DNA of 61,464 nucleotides, counting the filler, from Choristocarpus tenellus KU-1152 (lineage: Eukaryota > Protista > Phaeophyceae), in the NCBI GenBank assembly GCA_964200185.2. It is 7 parts of 7 records of this genome, joined end to end, with 100 filler letters (N's around TTAATTAATTAA, not from the genome) between each part and the next. Parts side by side here need not be neighbours in the genome. Positions count along the whole stretch, not along the records: positions 49,514 to 55,031 come from CAXNAD020010545.1; positions 55,132 to 61,464 come from CAXNAD020008362.1; 5 more parts are not named here. One strand, given 5' to 3'. Under the pieces are notes generated by a model. The model worked only from the letters and a program-made list of their open reading frames with translations, had not been told where the DNA came from and searched no databases. The position numbers were made by a program, and so were the translations under genes. Shown here in pieces: positions 52,733 through 61,464 of the stretch (its first letter is position 1; the number at the start of each line of letters is the position of its first letter).

Positions 52733-53010
52733 GAGCCAAAGTAAACGAGAAGTACCCAGCTTTTCGTCTTTGCCTTCTTTGAAGCCACTATTAATCTTTT
52801 GCAATTCACCTATATATTTATATGGATGAAGTGTTAACTTTAACTTGAGAGGGTTGGTTTTGATTGTTTGAAAATTTTCGACAAAATTCAGAAAATAATC
52901 TGCACGCATTTATTTGTACAAAAGGGTGAATTTTCCACAAAATTACCAGCATCCTTAAAATGCAATTCTCGGTACCTTTCGTTTTCTTTCATTCAGTATA
53001 AATTTGACTG
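52733..53010. mobile_element. Diverged MITE (family E)
   Basis: GAGCCAAAGTAAACGAGAAGTACC start; CTTAAAATGCAA and GGTACCTTTCGTTT near the other end. Confidence 0.5.
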
Positions 53011-53292
53011 AAGGTAGAGGGTCCACCGGATGCAAGGACTATACAGCTGCATCAAACTGTTGGCATTATTAGTGGCGCATAGAATTGGCTCGTGTCATTG
53101 ACTTATCAAAGGTACGTCTAGACGTGTAACCCCACGTAACAAAGTCCTCAAGGGAAACAGAGATGAAAAAAATACAGTGACTTGTCACGACTCATTAAAC
53201 AGTCTTCACACATTGCCAAATCTATGTTTTGATAAGTATGTGAATCATGTGAGCTGTGACCTAACGACACGGACATATGATTTCGTTCTTTA

Positions 53293-53363
53293 TGCGCCAG
53301 CCGGGAATCGAACCCAGGCCACATGAATGGCAATCATGTATTCTACCACTGAACTACTGGCGC
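53293..53363 (-). tRNA. trnG-GCC: tRNA-Gly (GCC)
   Basis: GCGCCAG TA GTTC AGTGGTA GAAT A CATGA TT GCC AT TCATG TGGC CTGGG TTCGATT CCCGG CTGGCGC A folds into a complete cloverleaf. Confidence 0.95.
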
Positions 53364-53979
53364 ATGCAAATGATGAGATTCTTGATAACATAAAGCAAAC
53401 GGAAAGAAAAGTACTGGAAAAGTATTGGACTAGTTCCATATAATTCATAGTACTTACGATGTACTATCGATGGAAGTAGGGTGTATTGATGTAATCGACC
53501 GTACAATGCTTCAATAATGTCACACTAATGTTTATATTTACTAATGATATCAATACAATAATTCGATTTGGTGTCGAAAACCAAACAGGTAATTCCATGA
53601 TCAGTATCAATAATCGTAGTCCTTTTGTAGAACAGCTATCGATGTTCTTTCTCTTCCCTTGCGTGGTTTCTACGAAGTACTGTATGTTCTGGAGTATGAT
53701 GCTTCCCTAGCTCCTCGCCCACTTTTGCAGGGCTAAGCTAGGTTAGAGGCATAGCAGCAGTGTACACATTGCATTGTAATTACTAACCCAGGAGGGAGTA
53801 TAGTAGTATAGCTAGCATTGGAGTGGAGATTTTTTTTTGGAGAGGCATCCTTTATAATAATGATGACAACTACTGCTTTTACAGAGGTTTTCGTTATATT
53901 GGTTTGTCTTTTTCCCTGACACATTAATAAAATGTGAGAGGGCATGATAATATATATAACATTAACAATATTATGTTAA

Positions 53980-54240
53980 GAGTCAAACCAACTGAGAGGT
54001 AGGCAGGGTTGCATTTTGAGGATCCTGAGAAAGGGCAGAAAGACGCCATTTTGGTACAACTATAGAAATACCTTTGCTTAATTGTGGTGTCACTTTATGT
54101 GTGGAAAGGGAGAACATCGACCTTGCATGCACTCCTATGCACCACATACAGAAATGAAATAGATTGTGATGCAGTTGGTAAGAAAGATGACTTAGAATGC
54201 GAAAGGTTCAAACCTGCCTACGCCTCAATTGGTTTGACTC
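53980..54240. mobile_element. MITE (family D)
   Basis: ~28-bp TIRs GAGTCAAACCAACTGAGAGGTAGGCAGG / CCTGCCTACGCCTCAATTGGTTTGACTC. Confidence 0.85.
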
Positions 54241-54812
54241 TAGGATTCTTTGAGTTCGAATTTATTTAGGGGGAAACACATCATACGCATTATATTTTCT
54301 AGTATATCAGACCCTGTGTGCGGCCTAGCACCAAGGAATACCTGTCTAGGGAGAGCGAGGAACATCATGACACACCATGAAGTTTCCCATGATCTTTATT
54401 ATGCCATCACTGAGAAGATATATATCTCCCCCCCTAACCCCATTGCCACCCACTTAACTTATATTTTTTATGCCTGTGTAAACTGATCCCGAACCAAACT
54501 AAAGTTACTCTCCTTGAGGTCCACGTCGCCCGAAACATGATGAACTCGGTTCAGGGTGTGGACAAATACTGAATGAAACTAGCACCATACACAAAGAGCC
54601 CAACCAATCCCTCTCTCTGAGCTGGTTTGACTATAAGGTAATAACAACGCACGGTAAGAAAAGGTTTCCGGATAGGGTGTCGACAGTATGGTTCGATTTT
54701 GCAAATCGTAAGCATAGAAAGTTCTATATAAAAGAATACTGTTGACATACAACAGATGATGGTGCTGTTCTTGCTGCAATGGCAACAACTCACCAGACCT
54801 CCACGACTTACT

Positions 54813-54983
54813 GGCTGAAAGTATCTGGGGGGGGGTGGCGGCTGTCCATTTGGGATCAATTTTTTTATATCGCGATTTTTGGGTGATTTAATTCCATACT
54901 TCAGATGGATGATGTAAATGCATTTTTCCTGATTTTGGTCAAATGGACACCCTGGTGTAGACCCCCCCACCCCCCCCCCCCCC
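54813..54983. mobile_element. MITE (family B), right end lost after the C-run
   Basis: GGCTGAAAGTATCTGGGGGGGGTGGCGGCTGTCCATTTGGG...AATGGACACCCTGGTGTAGACCCC. Confidence 0.8.
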
Positions 54984-55209
54984 ACTCGCCCTCTCTCTTT
55001 TTCTCGTAAGGCAGACTTTTCTTTCTTCTTTNNNNNNNNNNNNNNNNNNNNNNNNNNNNNNNNNNNNNNNNNNNNTTAATTAATTAANNNNNNNNNNNNN
55101 NNNNNNNNNNNNNNNNNNNNNNNNNNNNNNNCGTCTCTTCATTCATAAATTGTTTCTTCTACAGAATCTTCTTTTACACATGAATAAAAAGCATATTCTT
55201 AACATAGAA

Positions 55210-57745
55210 TCATCACTCGCACACATCACAAGGGTAGTCTCTACGGAAACAGACAAACAAGTCATAAAAAATTGGACATGTTAAAACAGCAGCTTTGGCG
55301 GAAGTAGGATGATTGCCTGATCTGGTGCGGTGGGGAAGGATGTTGTCTTCATCATTTCCAATGCTGAGTCATCGTAATTCCCTTTCACATGGGCTGTCCT
55401 TAGCCTCATCCACCCCATTATCGTCACGATCATTGCTGTCCTCAGCCTCTTCCACCTCGTTGTCACCATCAATGTTGTCCTCAGTCTCCTCCACAAGTTC
55501 ACCACTATCCCAGGTGTCATCAGATTCATCACCATCACCTAGTTCACCTTCAATCCAGGTGATTCCATCATCATCATCACATTCACTCCTCATGTCCTGG
55601 ATTTCTCCAGTCCTTCTGCGTGTATGTGGAGGAAGGATGTACCCTGGAGTGTCATCCAAATCTCCACGATCCTGGTCTAAATCAGGTATTGGAAAACGAA
55701 CTCTGCCATCCTTGGTGGGGTGCCAATGTATGTTGGCTCTCTGAAGCACACAGTACTGAAGTCTAGTACACGGAAAGTGCCACGGGGTTGATTGTCAGAC
55801 ATACCAACCATGATGCACTGCTTCCCACGACTCGCAAGCTTGTGTCCGGGACTAGACTTGTAGTATCCAGAGGTGCCAAAAGCTGGGGCACCAGTTAGTG
55901 ATCCAACTTCCCCATACAGTGCACAATAAGGGGAGGTCCTCTTATTTGGAACAGTTGAACTTCTGTTGAGGATGTAAGCTGAGTGATTGTATGCTTCTCC
56001 CCACAACCACATTTTATCCCCCAATCCCGCAGAATAAATGCTGGCCATGGCACCACTATCTACTTGAGCGATGCGATGTTCAGCAACACTATTATACTGA
56101 GGTTCCCCTGTCCTAGTCATTTCCTTCACCACACCCATTTCTGTTACCAAATCCTGGAATTCCTCACTCTGCCGCTCACCCCCTGGGTCGTGTCGAATGT
56201 AGTGAATTCGCCTCCCACTGGGAAGTACCTCAGCCTTAAACCATCGTCTAAGGGCCTTGGCAGCATTACTCTTCTTCTGGAGTAGTCGTATCCATGTGAA
56301 GCAAGTCACATCATCAACTATTGCCAGGGCATATTCAGCCCCACCGAGGGATTTGACTGTCTTGGGTCCAGTAAGGTCAATAAAAATGCAAGTGAAGGGT
56401 CGCTTTGTTCGTACATTGGTGGACTTGGGAACATGATCTTTTATCCTAATCCCTTTTGCGCATCCTATGCACTATGTCGACACTAAATTCCCGGAGTGTG
56501 TGATTCCTTGCTCATGTGCTGGGCGTCAAAGGATTCGCTCACCAGCATGGTTGAGAATGCGGTGAAAAACGTTGATGTGCATGGGTGTTGAAGAGACAGT
56601 TGCGGCCAAAGGTGTTTCTTCTGGGGGTGGTAACCTTTCGGCGATAGCTGTGTGTATGAATCAATTCCACTTAAAAACAAGCGAAAAAAACCTCCCTATC
56701 AGATATGTGGTATGCATCATCAGTCAATTTGATGGTCACTTCCTTAGCCCTACCAGCAGAACATGAAAAGAGAAGATTGAAAGCTATCTTCGGGACGAGT
56801 GCAACAGACACCAACGTAACATTCACCTACTCATCGTGGCCAACATTGAAATTCAAATCAATTTTGCCGTACCCTTCAATAGGCAGTGATGAACCGTCAG
56901 CCACAGTCATGTTGTGGCCTTGTGGACATGTGGTGAAGTCATACATATGAGTCGAGTCTTTTGTCTCACTATTGAAGGCACCCGAATCAAAACAACACGT
57001 ATCGAAAGCATCCAATCTCACCTATCAGCCACAGTGGCTAACGTGGTCTTCAACTTCCTCCCTGGTCTAGCCGGTTCCTCTGATCCAGCTAGTTCTTCCG
57101 CCGACTTGAGCGGAGTCGCCCTCTGGCAATATGAACTTGCCACCGAATTTGGTGGTCCTACCCTCCTCTGAGGGCAAACAGCTTGCTGGTGGCCTCTGCT
57201 CCTGCAGCTGTAGCACAGTCCTTTATATGTGCAAGGACCTTTGTATTTTACCAATCCGCACCTTGTGCAAATTTCTCTGGCCTTGGTCAGCCCCCTGATA
57301 CGGGATCCTGTCGTTTCAGGGTGTGTATGAGGACCAGTCGTACCTTGGTTGCCTCCTCAGCTAACCTTTAGCTGGGTCTGGGCGGATAGAGCGCTCCCTG
57401 ACTCTCCGCGATCAGCTGCTTCCCATTGAAGAGAGCGAACAAGCAGCTTGCTGTATCGTGGCTCTCGAGCGCTCACTTTTGTGATGATGTTGAAGATAGT
57501 GTTTGGTTATCTGATAATCATCATCCAAACAATCTAACATGGCGATTTCTAGGACCTGCTCGGACATCATATGCCCCATCATTGCCATCCGGTCATCCTA
57601 GTCCATCATTGTAAAAGTGATTTGGGGGTCTGACCCCGAGGCATTTTGACGGTCATTACTTTCCTTTGGAGTCCGGCATTTCCTCATCTGACTGAATAAG
57701 GAAGTATTCACGTAGCTGCTTCCGGGCCCCTGAAGGTGAGGCTGC
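55210..57745 (-). mobile_element. Internal fragment (gag to post-integrase) of the same copia family; no LTR or RT
   Basis: Colinear with ~42890-45465 (AASPSGA...LIQSDEE; CYSCRSRGHQQAVC; FDSG; RHDPGGERQSEEF; HWHPTKDGRVRFPI). Many disruptions. Confidence 0.92.
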
Positions 57746-57945
57746 ACAACTAACACATGCACAACTACGCTTGCCTAGATCTACCTGTCATTGCATATTC
57801 TTGCTTCCTATTGGGAATAGCCTTCATCAAGGATGGGCAGACCACTCAAGTTGAAGGGAGGGTCGGGTCTATGTGCCATGAGGGGACGGTTAATCCAGAT
57901 CGATTTGGATGCAAAGCAATATATATACGCAATAATACAACTTAC

Positions 57946-60900
57946 ATGGTGTAATATGGTCTGAATATTGGACAGTAACTGACCACATGAGCGCAAAGGT
58001 CAGACCATGGAGCGGCTCAATGGGAAGCATCATCCAGGGGTCAAGCAACTGGGAGTAGTAGGTGAAACGTACAATGTAGGCCACTTCGGTCAGTGCCATA
58101 TTCCCCCTGAAACCAGCCCTGTTCATGACAGGTACATAAAACAACAAGATCATGCATGTGATAACCATGTCAATGTGTAGACAAGTAGTCAGTTCCAGAC
58201 CTGGAAATGGAAGGGCAGATATGTACTTGCTCGGTCCAAAGAGGAAATTGGTATTGCTGTCAGGCCTACCACAAGCAAAGAGAATCCCTCAACAAAACTC
58301 AGGGTAGAAACACAAGCCACACTAAGATGATTGTGAGTAAGATGGAAGATGTATGAATAGGATACACTGTACAAATAGCATCATCTGCAAAAAAGGGATG
58401 ATATATATGCCTCATCAAGCCAATAGGAAGCATTGCCCCGTAGCATCCCTCATCACACATTAACTCCTCAATCATTGCATTTCCGTGTGAAGTATTTGGG
58501 GTAATCGTATACCACTCTGCTACAGAGATATCGTCATCAAATTTTCCACAAGCTACACACAAACATCCGAAACAGTCGAAGCTTGAGCAAACGGATCTTT
58601 TGCTAAGCAAGACCTATATCAAGTGGAGAGGTGACAGGGTGGGCGATACTTTGTATGAAATTGAGGGGAACTGAAGAAGGTACAAGTTGATCTTACTGGT
58701 ATGCACAACATCATCATACTCCAAACACACCCTCCAATTTATGTCATTTGGGAAAGCCAAGGTTTCCCCAAAAATTGCAGCCCAACACAAATTCGAGCTA
58801 TGATTCACACCCTGTTACCTAGCACAAAAGTGTTGCAATGGGATCAGGTACCATAAAGAAACTTCAACCCTACATTGCTACACTCTCCCCGATTGAATCT
58901 TGGATCTGTGCAGTGTTGATGGAGTTTTTGTTTGTTGCTTGTACACTCCTAAGATCTCTGTAGCTTCAATCGGTCTACTACAAGGTGTAGAGTAGTGTGT
59001 GCGATGCTGTACGAACAAAGCCTCAAGAGATTAACACTCCCACGTGCATATAAAAATGAAAAATAGATTTTTCACCAACTTCTGACATGTGCTTTTGCAG
59101 TACCATCCTTTCTATGCAATGTACGTGAATGTGAAGACTCTGACGCCATTTGTAGACAGCACCTACTTCATACACGCAATCCTTATGCCCATCACAAATC
59201 AAACCAGTTTCATGACTGTGAGATGCTGTTCATCTCACTTTTCTATCAGGAGGCCAGAGAAGTAGAAGCACGGAAGCTCGCCTGCAACTTTGCAACCCCC
59301 ATGATTACACTGGATCCTCCAAGCTCAGCAATCCTGTGCGGTTGCAAGAGGATAGAGAAGGCCCGTCAAAAGTAGGAGTGCGTCATGCTCTGCCCAGTAG
59401 TAGCTTGTGTTGATCACTTCGTTCCCATTGGTGCAAAATACATACACCATGTTATCACACAATATGGACAACTATGACTTGTTGCTTGGATCCTGCATTA
59501 GATATTATTGTTGTAATCCCGACCCTTTGCTGAACAAAAGAATCGACCTCAATCAAGGGAAGGGCTGAAGGTGTCAACAGCAAATAAATATTTCGAAATA
59601 TTGGGTATACTTGCTTTTCCTATGTGGTCATGTCAATATTGATAGGGAAAGTAAGTACAAAAAGTTGAAAAATATCTACACCACTACTACACCCTGTTTT
59701 GAGTGTAAATGTCCTTTCACTCTCAGCACAAAGTTGTACAACAATTCCACTCTATAGCAGTTTGCTGGTCCAGTCGTACACCAAGCTAGCAGCACTCACA
59801 CATACCCCTCAGCACCTGATGAAGAGAAAAGTATCAATGATGGCTTTTCCTGCCCCACTCAGAAATGATGAAGCATAGAAGGATGCGATTTGTGGCGAGC
59901 TCAGTATGATTCAAATTGCTGACACGACACCAGTGTCCCCAGGTGCTGCGATGCCGTTCCCTTGCATATTTGGTGAAGGTGATGAGGTGGAGGGTGAACA
60001 ATTTGACAGTGTGCCCTCATCATCCCTGGTAAAGAGGACGAAATAAAAAACAGAAGGGATGACGTCGATCCAAATCAAGGTCACATTGGGCATATGCACC
60101 TATGACGGATCAAACTTAACAAATTGACACTCGGGAACATAATACAACAACATACACTATTGACCATTATCGCCCCAAAATTATGAAGATCAGCGAAAAC
60201 GTTCTGAGTACTTTGCGCTTGTGAAGAGTTGAGCAGTCGTGTTGCACCAGCAAATATACAGGTTGCAGCATGACTCTTGATAAATGTACGATGCATTGGA
60301 GTACCAAAGTCAAGCATTCACTCCACCTTTTAAGGATTTCTTAGTCCCCAAGCAAAAGCACAAAACATGAATTTGGTAGCATTACCAGCAGCCTCCAAGA
60401 ACTCATAATAACCAAATCGTGTAGTCCAGGGGGTGACGGATACATCTCAAACAGTACTCCCCCACCTAGTCTCATATAACATACCTCTCATCATTTTCAG
60501 TGTCTGGCTGGTGGTGGTATTGCATATTGTCCTCAGGCAGGAGACCCACACATAAGAATGCAATGGCTGTTATTCCTGCAAAGATCACCATGACACCAGA
60601 ATACCCTACCCTTGTACCAGCAATGACACCCAAAGCAAGTGGAAAAACCGCTCCCCCAAGTGCCCCCCATGGTCGTTGGACCGTGTACCTATCACAAGAG
60701 AGATGGCAAAGGCATATAGCGTAAGGTAGACCGTATGGGGAGGGAAAACATCTCAAAGCACTAGCAGCTGCAAGGCACATAACTTCAACTTACACAGTAC
60801 CTAACATAAAAAGGATCCAACAAAATAGAAATAATCCAGTTCCATAGAGTCAATCAACCCTCAATGGTAAACCAGGAAGGTTGCATGCCCCTCCCAACTT

Positions 60901-61464
60901 GCAATAGATGTGAGCAAGCAGCGTGAAGCAAACGATTCGAGCGTGATGAACCCTTCCTTCCGTAGTGTTTTTTGCGGTTGAGTAGAATACAAAAACGAAC
61001 TTCGAGGTCAAGATATGCAAGGACTCTTATGATACAATCCTTCTCCTCAAGTTAAAATATAGATTCCTTATCACACGTAACCACTACATGAAAAATAGTC
61101 TAACCAAAGAAAATTTGAATGGCCCCTGCCTAGAGGAACAGTGTGCGCTCTGCTTCCACCATTTGATTTACTTTTCGTACCACAACTGGTCCAAATAGTC
61201 CGACTACAGTCAGATACATAATATGATCTACAACTGCCTTATCACTTCCATCTTGACCCAATTGGGAGAAAAATTAATTCAATAGCAAACGGAAAATATT
61301 GTCTGTTGCTCCAGTGGATGAAAGACAAATCCTCCTCACTTTTTTGTGCCGTATGCTTTGAGAACGCAAGTGTTAACAAGGCTAAAGGTCGGACTGTTGG
61401 ATACCCCTGAGGCAGTTTCGATCAAAGCCACAGCTAACAAACTTCCCGCAAAAATCACCGATGT
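57946..61464 (-). pseudogene. Intron-containing MFS_1-like (MFSD6-type) transporter, probably pseudogenised; incomplete at both ends
   Basis: Exons 61464-61340, 60688-60485, 60025-59816, 59333-59239, 58118-57946 read YTVQRPWGALG, KAIIDTFLFI, ELGGSSVIMG, GELPCFYFSGLLIEK, LPIEPLHGLTFALMWS. In-frame TGA at 59911-59913 and a frameshift near 59288. Confidence 0.75.

Noticed and set aside
59911-59913. Selenocysteine or recoded TGA in the MFS gene
   Set aside because: The site is not a Cys-like position, the same gene has a frameshift, and the intact BT1 gene uses TGA as its stop.

Overview
Eukaryotic, intron-rich, repeat-rich genomic DNA. It is most likely from a photosynthetic stramenopile (ochrophyte), inferred from two genes with signal peptide + ASAFAP-like plastid presequences. 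The window is seven contigs joined by artificial 100-nt linkers (N44-TTAATTAATTAA-N44), so adjacency across linkers is unproven. Contig 3 holds four manually spliced genes in two head-to-head pairs: a short mitochondrial ATP synthase subunit f-like gene with a MINDY deubiquitinase, and an unknown plastid-targeted protein with a plastid BT1 folate/biopterin transporter that has a GC-AG intron. Elsewhere are a partial CCCH zinc-finger gene, an intron-containing MFS pseudogene, tRNA-Gly(GCC) and a decayed tRNA-Gln(CTG). Mobile DNA includes a near full-length Ty1/copia inserted in a mariner-type relic, a second copia fragment, an RTE-type LINE relic and solo LTRs. There is also a large set of related MITEs sharing GRG(T/C)CAA termini. 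The most notable sequence-level signal is CpG depletion across gene bodies and repeats, with CpG-rich islands over the bidirectional promoters and CGA>TGA stops in decayed elements, which suggests broad CG methylation. No CRISPR array or prokaryotic defence system is supported.
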